64,000 nucleotides of DNA from Candidatus Rokuibacteriota bacterium (GTDB lineage Bacteria; Methylomirabilota; Methylomirabilia; Rokubacteriales; CSP1-6): contig JBBDXN010000144.1 in the NCBI GenBank assembly GCA_040902305.1, forward strand, positions 3,532 to 67,531, given 5' to 3'. Positions 1-8,829 of this stretch are shown piece after piece. Position numbers and translations under genes: made by a program. The number at the start of each line of letters is the position of its first letter. The stretch's first letter is position 1. The notes beneath the pieces are model-generated. The model was not told where the DNA came from. It ran no database searches and saw only the letters and a program-made list of their open reading frames with translations.

Positions 1-2152
1 GGGGGGGGGGGCTATCGTAACCCCCCGTCTCCCCCGTGGGGGTTTGGGCCGGGTGAGGGGGGCCTTGCGGTGAGGGGCGCTGGACGACGCGCAGCGCCTG
101 CAGCGGCACCTTGACCGTCACCGCGCCCGCCCGCACGGAGGCGGTCGCGTCGTCGATCTGCAGCACGTCCCCTTTGAGCCCGAGATGCGCGATCTCGACG
201 CGATCCCCCGCCGCGACCGGGCCGGAGGCGGCCACCTCGGGCGCGGCCGCGCCCGCAGTCTGCTCCACCTTCTGCGCGGTTTCCACCAGACGCTTGCGCG
301 CGCGCTCCAGCTCCGGCCGGCTCTTCTCCGCGCGATTGAGCCGGTCCCACTCCTCGTTGACGTGCCGCCGCACCTCGGAGACGAGGCGCTGCGCCTCGGC
401 CCGGGCCCGGGCGACGGTCTCGCGCGCGCTGGCCCGGGCCGCCTGGAGCTCTTCCTGGGCCCGGGCCAGCAGCCCCGCGCTCTCCGCCTCGCGTCGCGCG
501 AGCTGCGCGGAGCGCTCCGCGTCCCGGCGATCGCGGTCGTCGAGGCGGGCCAGCAGCTCCTGGAGCTGCCGCTGCTGGGTGGAGCGGTGCGCGTGTGCCC
601 GCTCGATCAGCGGGGCGGGCAGCCCCAGGCGGGCGCCGATCGACAGGGCGTAGCTCTGGCCGGGTCGGTCGTAGATCAACCGGAAGGTCGGCGCGAGGCG
701 CTCGGGATCGAACTCGACGGAGGCGTTGCGCGCCCTCGGATGCGTGGACGCGAAGCCCTTGAGGGGCTCGAGGTGCGTGGACGCGGCGACCACCGCGCCG
801 CGCTCGGCCAGCGTCTCGAGCACGGCCTGGGCCAGCGCGGCGCCGTCGTCGGGATCGGTGCCCGCGCCCAGCTCGTCGAGGAGCACGAGCGACCGGGCGT
901 CCACCCGCTCGAGCACGTCCCGGAGCTGCTTGACGAAGGCGGAGAACGTGGAGAGGTTCTCGGCCACGCTCTGCTCGTCGCCCACGATCGCGAAGCACTG
1001 GGAGAACACGGGAAGCCGGGCCCCATCGCGCGCGGGCACGTGGCAGCCCGACTGCGCCATCAGCGCGAGCAGGCCGAGGGTCTTGAGCGCCACCGTCTTG
1101 CCGCCCGCGTTGGGGCCGGTGATGACCAGCAGCGGCCGCTCGGCGTGAATCTCGATGTCCATCGCGATGACCGGGCTCGCGTCGGGATTGTTCCATCTCT
1201 GGGCGAGGAGGAGGGGGTTGAGGGCGCCGGGCAGCACCACGTCGCGCTCTTCCGTGATCGCGGGCTCGACGGCCTCCATGCGCTCGGCGAGGGCGCCGCG
1301 GGCGAAGATGAAGTCGAGGTCGCCGATGCCGGCCACGAGGGCGTCGAGCTCGGGCAGCGCGGCCCGCACCGCGTCGGTGAGCGCGGCCAGGATGCGGACG
1401 ATCTCGGTTTCTTCCTCGCGCGCGGCCTGGACCAGGTCGTTGTTGGCGTCCACGAGCGCCTCCGGCTCCACGAAGAGCGTGGCGCCGCTCTGCGAGCGGT
1501 CGTGCACGATGCCGCGGAGGCGGCCCTTGGCCTCGGCGCGGATCGGCAGCACGTAGCGGCCGTGGCGGACGGTGACGTACCGCTCCTGGAACGTGGTGTC
1601 GGCGCCGGGGCCGGCGAAGTACGCCTCGAGCCGCTTGACGATGTCGCGCCGCAGGTCACGGATGCGCTGGCGCATCCGGCGCAGCCCCGGCGCCGCCTCG
1701 TCGCGCACCTGGCCGTCGGCGTCGAGCGAGCGCCGTAGCAGCTCGGCCAGCTCGGTCGGCCGGGGAAAGCCCGCGAGCGCCTCGGCGAGGTCCGGGGCCA
1801 CCGGCTGGATGGCGCGCCCGTAGGCCTGCAGGCGCCCCGCCGCCTCGAGCAGCGGGATCAGCGCGGCCAGGTCCGCGGCCTCGGCCACCGAGCCGGGCAC
1901 CCGCGCCGTCTCGAGCGTGGGGCGCACGTCCGGGATGCCGTCCCACGGCGGGGCGCCCGTCTGTCCGATCGCGGCCCGGGCCTGGCCGGTCTCCCCGAGC
2001 GCGCGACGGATCGCGGAGGGATCCGTGAAGGGCAACGTCGCCGCGGCCAGCTCGCGGCCCAGGGGCGTGCGCGCTTCGCGGGCGAGGAGGTCGAGCACCT
2101 GCGGCCACTCGAGACCGCCGCTGCCCACCGAGAGCCTGAACGCGCCGGCCAT
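1..2152 (-). CDS. mutS2: Endonuclease MutS2 (partial; C-terminal end, including the expected Smr domain, runs off the left window edge)
   Basis: This frame is absent from the ORF track because it has no in-window stop. My own translation from ATG (rev) at 2150-2152 gives MAGAFRLSVGSGGLEWPQVLDLLAREARTPLGREL... Walker A RPLLVITGPNAGGKTVALKTLGLLALMAQ lies at ~1050-1140. LLDELGAGTDP lies at ~850-895. KOW-like AAGDRVEIAHLGLKGDVLQIDD lies at ~150-230. The listed + ORF 185..1738 is its antisense shadow. Confidence 0.9.
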   Translation of the reverse strand, partial: MAGAFRLSVGSGGLEWPQVLDLLAREARTPLGRELAAATLPFTDPSAIRRALGETGQARAAIGQTGAPPWDGIPDVRPTLETARVPGSVAEAADLAALIPLLEAAGRLQAYGRAIQPVAPDLAEALAGFPRPTELAELLRRSLDADGQVRDEAAPGLRRMRQRIRDLRRDIVKRLEAYFAGPGADTTFQERYVTVRHGRYVLPIRAEAKGRLRGIVHDRSQSGATLFVEPEALVDANNDLVQAAREEETEIVRILAALTDAVRAALPELDALVAGIGDLDFIFARGALAERMEAVEPAITEERDVVLPGALNPLLLAQRWNNPDASPVIAMDIEIHAERPLLVITGPNAGGKTVALKTLGLLALMAQSGCHVPARDGARLPVFSQCFAIVGDEQSVAENLSTFSAFVKQLRDVLERVDARSLVLLDELGAGTDPDDGAALAQAVLETLAERGAVVAASTHLEPLKGFASTHPRARNASVEFDPERLAPTFRLIYDRPGQSYALSIGARLGLPAPLIERAHAHRSTQQRQLQELLARLDDRDRRDAERSAQLARREAESAGLLARAQEELQAARASARETVARARAEAQRLVSEVRRHVNEEWDRLNRAEKSRPELERARKRLVETAQKVEQTAGAAAPEVAASGPVAAGDRVEIAHLGLKGDVLQIDDATASVRAGAVTVKVPLQALRVVQRPSPQGPPHPAQTPTGETGGYDSPPP

Positions 2153-2162
2153 GCGGGGCGCC

Positions 2163-2705
2163 TCAGCGGCCCTCCACGAGGGCGAGCGTCTCCTCGGCCG
2201 CATCGTCGCAGGCGGCCTGGATCGCGTCGTGCTCCTCGGGGAAGAAGGGCGAGAGCACGTGGTCGGAGACCCGGTCGCGGTCCTCGCCGGGCCGGCCGGG
2301 ACGGCCGACCCCGATCTTGACGCGGCGGAGGGCATCGGTGCCGAAGGCCTCGATCAGCGAGCGCACGCCGTTGTGACCGCCCGCGCTGCCCTTGAGACGG
2401 ACCCGCACCTTGCCGAGCGGGAGATCGATGTCGTCGAAGACGATGACGAGATCGGCGGGGCCGAGGCCGAGCTTCCGGGCCAGGCGCGCCACCGGTGGCC
2501 CGGTGACATTCATGAAGCTGCCCGGCTTGACGAGATACAGCGGCTCGCCGTGCCAGCGGCCGGGCGCGCCGGCGTGGCCGCCCGCGCGCTCGAAGCGCGC
2601 ATGAATGCGGTGGGCGAGCGCGTCGACGACGCGCTGGCCCACGTTGTGGCGGGTATTGCGGTATTCCGGGCCCGGATTCCCCAGGCCGACGATGGCCTGG
2701 GCCAC
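2163..2705 (-). CDS. pth: Peptidyl-tRNA hydrolase
   Basis: 180-aa ORF with GLGNPGPEYRNTRHNVG and GSAGGHNGVRS motifs. The GTG start directly abuts the ctc stop. It sits in the conserved prs-ctc-pth order. Confidence 0.95.
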   Translation of the reverse strand: MAQAIVGLGNPGPEYRNTRHNVGQRVVDALAHRIHARFERAGGHAGAPGRWHGEPLYLVKPGSFMNVTGPPVARLARKLGLGPADLVIVFDDIDLPLGKVRVRLKGSAGGHNGVRSLIEAFGTDALRRVKIGVGRPGRPGEDRDRVSDHVLSPFFPEEHDAIQAACDDAAEETLALVEGR

Positions 2706-3407
2706 CTACTTCTTCTTCTCGCCGCCCTTGTCCTTGTCCTTGCCGTCGCCCTCGGCCGCTTCCTCCTTGGGTTTGCGCTCGGTGAGCACCTCGGGCTCGG
2801 CCGCCGCGGCTTCCGTCGTCACGGTGGGTGTCGCCACGACTTCCTCGGCCGCCGGCGGGGCGACCGTCACGACCGCCTGGTTGGGGTCGTTCAGCACGCG
2901 CACGCCCTCGGGCACCTTCAGGTCCTTGACGGTGAGCACGTCGTGGATCGCCAGGTTCGTGATGTCCGCTTCGAGGTACTCCGGGATATTCCCGGGCAAA
3001 CAGGAGACCCGCACCTCGCGGAGCACCATCTCGAGGATTCCCTGGGTGTCCTTCACGCCGATCGACTCGCCCACGTGGTGCACCGCCACGCTGACCTGGA
3101 TGGCGCGATCCATCGCCACTTCCTGCAGGTCCACGTGGATCAGATCCTCCGAGACCGGATCGAACTGCATGTCCCGGATGATGGCCATCTTGGCGTCCGT
3201 GGTCCCCTCGAAGGTCACGCGGAACAGCTGGGTGCTGCCCTCGTGGCCGTGGATGAGGCGGAGGACGTCCTTGGGGGCCACCGCCACGTTCACCGGGCTC
3301 GCCCCGCCGTAGAAGGTGGCCGGAACCTGACCGGCGCGGCGCAGCCGCCTGGCGGGCCCCTTGCCGATGCCGTCGCGCTTCCGGATCGTCAACTCACGCA
3401 TGTCCAT
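2706..3407 (-). CDS. rplY: 50S ribosomal protein L25 / general stress protein Ctc
   Basis: 233-aa ORF. N-terminus RKRDGIGKGPARRLRRAGQVPATFYG is typical of L25/Ctc. It has an acidic/Lys-rich C-terminal tail. AAGGAG SD lies just upstream. Synteny supports the call. Confidence 0.93.
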   Translation of the reverse strand: MDMRELTIRKRDGIGKGPARRLRRAGQVPATFYGGASPVNVAVAPKDVLRLIHGHEGSTQLFRVTFEGTTDAKMAIIRDMQFDPVSEDLIHVDLQEVAMDRAIQVSVAVHHVGESIGVKDTQGILEMVLREVRVSCLPGNIPEYLEADITNLAIHDVLTVKDLKVPEGVRVLNDPNQAVVTVAPPAAEEVVATPTVTTEAAAAEPEVLTERKPKEEAAEGDGKDKDKGGEKKK

Positions 3408-3420
3408 GACTCATCTCCTT

Positions 3421-3559
3421 TGTATTCGCTCGCCTTGCCTTGCGGCTGCAGCTTCGCCAAACTCGAATGTATTCGCTCGCCTCGCCTTGCGGCTGCAGCT
3501 CGCCAAACTCGAATGTATTCGCTCGCCTCGCCTTGCGGCTGCAGCTCGCCAAACTCGAA
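3421..3559. repeat. Three head-to-tail copies of a 46-47 bp unit (R2 family) filling the prs-ctc intergenic space
   Basis: Units are 3421-3467, 3468-3513 and 3514-3559. Units 2 and 3 are identical: TGTATTCGCTCGCCTCGCCTTGCGGCTGCAGCTCGCCAAACTCGAA. Unit 1 differs at a few positions. There are no spacers. The last unit abuts the ctc SD. Confidence 0.92.
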
Positions 3560-3571
3560 CTTTGCCTGCCC

Positions 3572-4510
<939 letters not shown>

Positions 4511-4530
4511 GCCGTCTCCTGTCGCGAGGG

Positions 4531-4604
4531 TGGCTGGGGCGGGAGGGATCGAACCTCCATCTCGGGCTTCAAAGACCCGGGTCCTGCCATTGGACGACGC
4601 CCCA
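4531..4604 (-). tRNA. tRNA-Gln (anticodon UUG), CCA encoded
   Basis: Hand-folded cloverleaf on the reverse strand. Acceptor TGGGGCG/CGCCCCA. D arm GTCC-AATGGCA-GGAC. Anticodon stem CGGGT/GCCCG with loop CTTTGAA. T arm GGAGG-TTCGATC-CCTCC. Discriminator G followed by CCA. Confidence 0.88.
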
Positions 4605-4657
4605 GTGACTCCCCCTCATCTGCGGACGACCCTTTAGTTCTTTCAGGCTGGTTACTG

Positions 4658-4723
4658 CCTTTAGGCTCTTTAGCTGCGGGGGCCCAGAGATGGCCCCCGC
4701 ACTCCCCCAGTTGGCGGACAATC
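4658..4723 (-). repeat. R1 dispersed GC-rich hairpin repeat, copy A (inverted relative to copies B and C)
   Basis: The reverse complement reads GTCCGCCAACTGGGGGAGTGCGGGGGCCATCTCTGGGCCCCCGCAGCTAAAGAGCCTAAAGG. The core stem GCGGGGGCC/GGCCCCCGC (4676-4700) has a 7-nt loop. It aligns with copies at 42613-42680 and 49234-49320. Confidence 0.8.
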
Positions 4724-4727
4724 GTTT

Positions 4728-4763
4728 GTCTCGTCAGTCTCGTCGGTCTCATCAGTCTCATCT
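4728..4763. repeat. Four tandem 9-bp units just 3' of the ispE stop
   Basis: GTCTCGTCA GTCTCGTCG GTCTCATCA GTCTCATCT, read directly from the sequence. Confidence 0.75.
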
Positions 4764-4775
4764 GTTTCGTTGGGC

Positions 4776-5642
4776 TCAGCGGGTCAGGCGGATTGTTGGG
4801 CCCGAGTTCGTTCTGACCGCCCAGCACGCCCAGCCGGCGCGGCTCACCCGCGTCCGGATCTGTCTCGCGTGGTCCACGGACCGCGCCATTCCGAACACCG
4901 TCGGGCCGCTGCCCGACATGATCGCTCCGAGGGCGCCCGCTGCCAAGAGCGCCGCTTTCATGCGGGCGATCACCGGCAGCACCGGCTCGACCACGCTCTC
5001 CAGGTTATTCGTCAGCGCCGCCGCCACTTTGTTCACGTTCCGCGTCCTCAGCGCCTCGATCACGCGCTCCGTGCCGCGGGGCTCCGCCCGCCAGCCCGCC
5101 GGCACCCGACCGTAGACCTCACGCGTGGACAGGGGGACCCGCGGGTTCACCAGCACCAGAGCATACCCGCCCCCGCCCGGCAGCGCGGCCAGCCGCTCAC
5201 CGCGCCCGGTGGCCACCGCCCGCCCGGTTCCGAGAAAAAACGGCACGTCCATGCCCAGCTCCACCGCCAGCTCCTGCAGCCGCGCCTTCGGCCACCCGAG
5301 CCCCCACAGCCGGTGGAGGCCCCAGAGCGTCGCGGCCGCGTCGCTCGAGCCGCCGCCCAGCCCGGCCGCCACCGGGATGCGCTTGGTGAGCCGGATCCGG
5401 GCCCCGGCCTCGATGCCGGCCGCCTTCTGGAGCAGACGGGCGGCGCGCATCACCAGATTGCCATCGTCGGTGGGCAAGTCGGGATCGTCCGTCTGCAGCG
5501 AGAGGGTATCGGCCGCTTCCAGCTTCAGGCGATCACAGAGGTCCACCGCCTGCAGCACCGTTGCGATCTCGTGATACCCGTCTCCCCGCTTGCCTAGCAC
5601 CTCGAGGGCCAGGTTCACTTTGGCGGAGGCGCGAAGCACCAT
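4776..5642 (-). CDS. ispE: 4-diphosphocytidyl-2-C-methyl-D-erythritol kinase
   Basis: GHMP-kinase motif IPVAAGLGGGSSDAAA. N-terminus MVLRASAKVNLALEVLGKRGDGYHEI is typical for IspE. The ORF track extends to an upstream ATG at 5690, which I consider less likely. It sits in lolB-ispE-prs synteny. Confidence 0.92.
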   Translation of the reverse strand: MVLRASAKVNLALEVLGKRGDGYHEIATVLQAVDLCDRLKLEAADTLSLQTDDPDLPTDDGNLVMRAARLLQKAAGIEAGARIRLTKRIPVAAGLGGGSSDAAATLWGLHRLWGLGWPKARLQELAVELGMDVPFFLGTGRAVATGRGERLAALPGGGGYALVLVNPRVPLSTREVYGRVPAGWRAEPRGTERVIEALRTRNVNKVAAALTNNLESVVEPVLPVIARMKAALLAAGALGAIMSGSGPTVFGMARSVDHARQIRTRVSRAGWACWAVRTNSGPTIRLTR

Positions 5643-5706
5643 CTGCCGGGTACCCCGTGACCGCTTCGACAAGGCAGTGAAGACTATCATGCGTCGCGCG
5701 GGAGTG

Positions 5707-6492
5707 TCAACGGAAGTCTTGAATTCTAACGTGTTCCGGGACAGTCAGCTTCAACAACGCGGGGTCGAGCCCGGTGTTCATCCGGGGGTTGCGGTAGGTG
5801 ACCGTGACCCGCAGCGCGCCATCCGGAGTTTCCAGCGTGAGCCCGGCCGGTGGGGCATCCGGTGGGGTCGGGGTGAACGTCACCCGCGCGGGGTTCTTGC
5901 CGGTCCACTCGACCTGTCGCGCCTGCCCGCTGTCGGGATCGAACCAGATGCGCTGCTCGACGTCGCGCCCGGTGAGCCGGAGCGAGGGGCCAAGCCCGTC
6001 GGGCGCCACCAGCTCCACCCCGGTCGGCTCCGGCACCGGCCGGGCACGGGCCGCGAGCAGCGCGACGAGATCCTCGCCGCCCAGCGCCAGCCCGAGCCAG
6101 CGGCGGTTGGCCTCGGGGGATGCGGGTGCGATGTACGCCCGGTTGTCGAGGACCTCCCAGAGCGTGACGCCGGTCGGCTCGCCCGCCACGATCAGCACCG
6201 GTGTGCCGAAGGGCGAGAGGGCCTCGAAGCGGAGCGAGGCGGGCTCGCCGAGGAGGAGCATGACGCCGGAGAGGCGCTGGGCCCGGCCGCTGCGGCGGAC
6301 GGTGATGTCGGCGAGGGATCGGAGATCGATCAGGGAGCGCCGATGCTGCTCGATCCGGGCGAGGGCGGCGCGCGCGTCCTCCGCGATGGGCGCGGGGGCC
6401 GGGGGGACGGTGGCGCAGGCGGAAAGGGCGGTGGCCAGCAGCACCGCGCCGGCCAGGCGGATGCTACTTCTGCTCGGCCTTGGGCGGCGCAC
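5707..6492 (-). CDS. LolB-like / DUF4292-like outer-membrane lipoprotein
   Basis: 261-aa ORF with GTG start. Signal peptide with lipobox LLATALSAC. Its position immediately upstream of ispE mirrors the classical lolB-ispE-prs arrangement. The family call rests on context and overall look only. Confidence 0.7.
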   Translation of the reverse strand: MRRPRPSRSSIRLAGAVLLATALSACATVPPAPAPIAEDARAALARIEQHRRSLIDLRSLADITVRRSGRAQRLSGVMLLLGEPASLRFEALSPFGTPVLIVAGEPTGVTLWEVLDNRAYIAPASPEANRRWLGLALGGEDLVALLAARARPVPEPTGVELVAPDGLGPSLRLTGRDVEQRIWFDPDSGQARQVEWTGKNPARVTFTPTPPDAPPAGLTLETPDGALRVTVTYRNPRMNTGLDPALLKLTVPEHVRIQDFR

Positions 6493-8707
6493 CCTTGACC
6501 CGGAGGTGGTTCTCCCGCGCGTCCCGGATCTTGATTCTCACCTGGGGAGCGCTGGGACTGTTCGGGTCCACCTGGAGCGATTTCTCCCACGCCTCGATCG
6601 CCTCGCTCGCGAGGTTGTTCTTGAGGTAGGCGTCGCCCAGGTGCTCGTAGAGCACGGGGTCTTCCTTGGCGAGGCTCACCGCGCGCTTCAGCTCGCGCAG
6701 GGCCTCGGGGTAGCGGCCCTGCTGATAGTAGGCCCAGCCGAGGCTGTCGATGAAGTAGCCGTTCGCGGGCTCCAGCGCGAGCGCCTGCTGGATGAGCTGG
6801 ACGGCCTCGGTGAGGTTGGTGCCCTTCTCCGCGTACATGTAGCCGATGTAGTTGTACGACTCGGCGTGCTTCGGATCGATCACGAGCACGCGCCGGAAGG
6901 AGCGGATCGCGTCGTCGAACCGGTGCTGCTTCTCCAGCACCACCCCGAGCTGGAAGTGGAGGTCCTTGTTCTTGTCGTCCACCGACAGGCCTTCGCCCAG
7001 CACGCTGGCCGCCCGGTCGTACTGGCTCGCGCGCTGGAGCGCGGTGCCGAGGTAGAGGAACAGCTCGGGCCGCTTGGGCTCGAGGTTCACCGCCTCCTGC
7101 AGCGTGGCCACCGCTTCGTCGTAGCGCTTGGCGCGTCCGTAGAGGAAGCCGAGCTGCACCCGCGCGTCCACCGAGCGTGGGTCGGCCTTCAGGATCTTCT
7201 CCAGCTCGCTGCGGGCCTCGTCGTCCTTGCCCGCGTCCATCAGGGCGGTGGCCAGGTAGTAGCGCGTCCGCATGTTGCCGGGCTCGAGCGAGACGGCCTG
7301 CCGGAAGGCGGCGACCGCCTTGTCGTACTGCTTCTGCTCGTAGTGGATGGCGCCCAGCTTCAGCCACACCCGGGGATCGCGGGGGAGCGAGTCCACCAGC
7401 GCCTCGATCTCGCTCTGGGCCTCGCCGTAGCGCCCCAGCTTGACGAGCAGGTCGCCCAGCCGCTCCACGAAGGCCGCGTTGTCCGGATTGGCCTTGAGCG
7501 CTTCCTTGTAGACGTCCACCGCGTCATCGAGCTTGTTCTGGGCCTCGTACACGAAGCCGAGCGCCGACCACGCCCCGTCGTGGTCCGGGTCGAGGTCCAC
7601 CGCGCGCTTGAGATTGGTCAGGGCCTCGTCCCACTGCTCCTTCTCGATGCCGATGCGGCCGAGCAGGTAGTGGCCCTGCGAGAGATTGGGCCGCGCGGCC
7701 ACCAGCCGCTGCAGCACCACCCGCGCCTTGTCGTAGCTCTTCTGCTCGAAGTGGAGCTGGGCCAGGGCCAGGTAGCCGTCCGGGGTCTGCGGATCCAGCG
7801 CGACCGCCTTCTCGAGCGCGGCCTCCGCCTCCGGCACCTTGCGCTGGCGCTTGTAGAGATCGGCCAGGGTTATGTGGGCGCCCGCGTTGTCGGGGGCGAG
7901 CGCGATGGCCTTCTGGACGGCGGTGAAGGCGCCCGCGGTGTCGTTGGCGCGGATCAGCCACTGGGAGAGCTGGATCCAGAGCAGCGCGGTGTTGGGATCG
8001 AGCTTGATGGCCTCGCGGAGCTGGGCGATGGCCTGCGGCATGCGGCCCGCGCGGGCCTCCATCTGCGCGACCACGTAGTGATCGTAGGCCTCGCCCTGGG
8101 CCGCGACGGCCCGGCGGCTGGGGGTGGTCAGGGTGATGCCCCCGAGCACCGGCCCGGGGTCGGCCTGACTGCTCTTCGTGGTGGCGCAGCCCGCGACGGA
8201 GCCGGCGAGCGCGCCGAGGGCGAGCAGCAGCCCGGCGAGCGCCCGGCCGCGGCGCGCGATCAGGTCCTTGGCCACGACGCGCCGGACGGTGGAGGCGAGC
8301 GCCTCGTCGCGCACGGGCGCGGCCGCGCCCTCGACGAGGGCCAGCTCGTCGGCGTCGAGCCGCAGCGAGGCGGCGTTCGGCGCCGCGGGCGGCGGCGCCG
8401 GCGCGGGGCCGGCCAGGCTCAGGCGCAGCGCGGTGACGGTCGGGCCGAAGTGGGCGCGGACCGCGTCGAGGACTTCCGCGGATCGCATGGAGAGCTCCTG
8501 GAGCCAGGGGGAATTGTCGACGGTCACCGTGAGGGTCCCTGCCCGCAACTCCCCGGGTCGGGTGCGATGGGCCAGCTCGGAGCCGATGGCTCCGCGCCAG
8601 CCTTGCCGGATGCGCTCGGCCAGCAGGCGCTCCTGGAGAGCGGGTAGGGCGGCGGTGAGCATCGTGCCCACGCGCACGGGAGGAGAAGAGCGGCGGGCCG
8701 AGCCCAT
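6464..8707 (-). CDS. DUF721 (DciA-like) N-terminal domain fused in-frame to a hydrophobic segment/lipobox and a long TPR-repeat domain
   Basis: ATG at 8707 is preceded by GGAG. Residues ~W..AIGSELAHRTRPGELRAGTLTVTVDNSPWLQELS match the DUF721 pattern. They are followed by RRGRALAGLLLALGALAGSVAGC (lipobox Cys codon 8186-8188). About 15 TPR-like repeats follow. An internal GTG at 8275 could give a separate lipoprotein. Confidence 0.78.
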   Translation of the reverse strand: MGSARRSSPPVRVGTMLTAALPALQERLLAERIRQGWRGAIGSELAHRTRPGELRAGTLTVTVDNSPWLQELSMRSAEVLDAVRAHFGPTVTALRLSLAGPAPAPPPAAPNAASLRLDADELALVEGAAAPVRDEALASTVRRVVAKDLIARRGRALAGLLLALGALAGSVAGCATTKSSQADPGPVLGGITLTTPSRRAVAAQGEAYDHYVVAQMEARAGRMPQAIAQLREAIKLDPNTALLWIQLSQWLIRANDTAGAFTAVQKAIALAPDNAGAHITLADLYKRQRKVPEAEAALEKAVALDPQTPDGYLALAQLHFEQKSYDKARVVLQRLVAARPNLSQGHYLLGRIGIEKEQWDEALTNLKRAVDLDPDHDGAWSALGFVYEAQNKLDDAVDVYKEALKANPDNAAFVERLGDLLVKLGRYGEAQSEIEALVDSLPRDPRVWLKLGAIHYEQKQYDKAVAAFRQAVSLEPGNMRTRYYLATALMDAGKDDEARSELEKILKADPRSVDARVQLGFLYGRAKRYDEAVATLQEAVNLEPKRPELFLYLGTALQRASQYDRAASVLGEGLSVDDKNKDLHFQLGVVLEKQHRFDDAIRSFRRVLVIDPKHAESYNYIGYMYAEKGTNLTEAVQLIQQALALEPANGYFIDSLGWAYYQQGRYPEALRELKRAVSLAKEDPVLYEHLGDAYLKNNLASEAIEAWEKSLQVDPNSPSAPQVRIKIRDARENHLRVKGAPPKAEQK

Positions 8708-8829
8708 CGTGGCTCCATGATACTTGACCGGGTATCTCCTCGCCAGCTTGAAGGCGGCAACCGCACCGTGGTCCATGGCCCCGGGGGCAAATTGACTCCC
8801 ATCGGGCCGACATTTATAGTGTCGCTACC

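Noticed and set aside
1-10. Run of ten G at the very start of the window.
   Set aside because: This is most likely a contig-end or sequencing artefact. It falls inside the truncated mutS2 frame and has no feature context.
185-1738. Many long ORFs in the track with Arg/Gly/Pro/Ala-rich or HxxLxxE-type low-complexity translations. Examples: 185..1738+, 12..1196-, 1917..3575+, 5798..8647+, 8524..10161-, 20772..23501-, 30465..32186-, 33487..35559-, 42357..44639-, 46799..49168-, 51652..52761+.
   Set aside because: They overlap strongly supported genes in other frames or strands. They show the composition expected of alternative-frame shadows in high-GC DNA. They have no recognisable motifs and no SD at their starts.
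3421-3559. Tandem repeats considered as a possible CRISPR array.
   Set aside because: The units are directly contiguous with no spacers, there are only three copies, and no cas genes are in the window.
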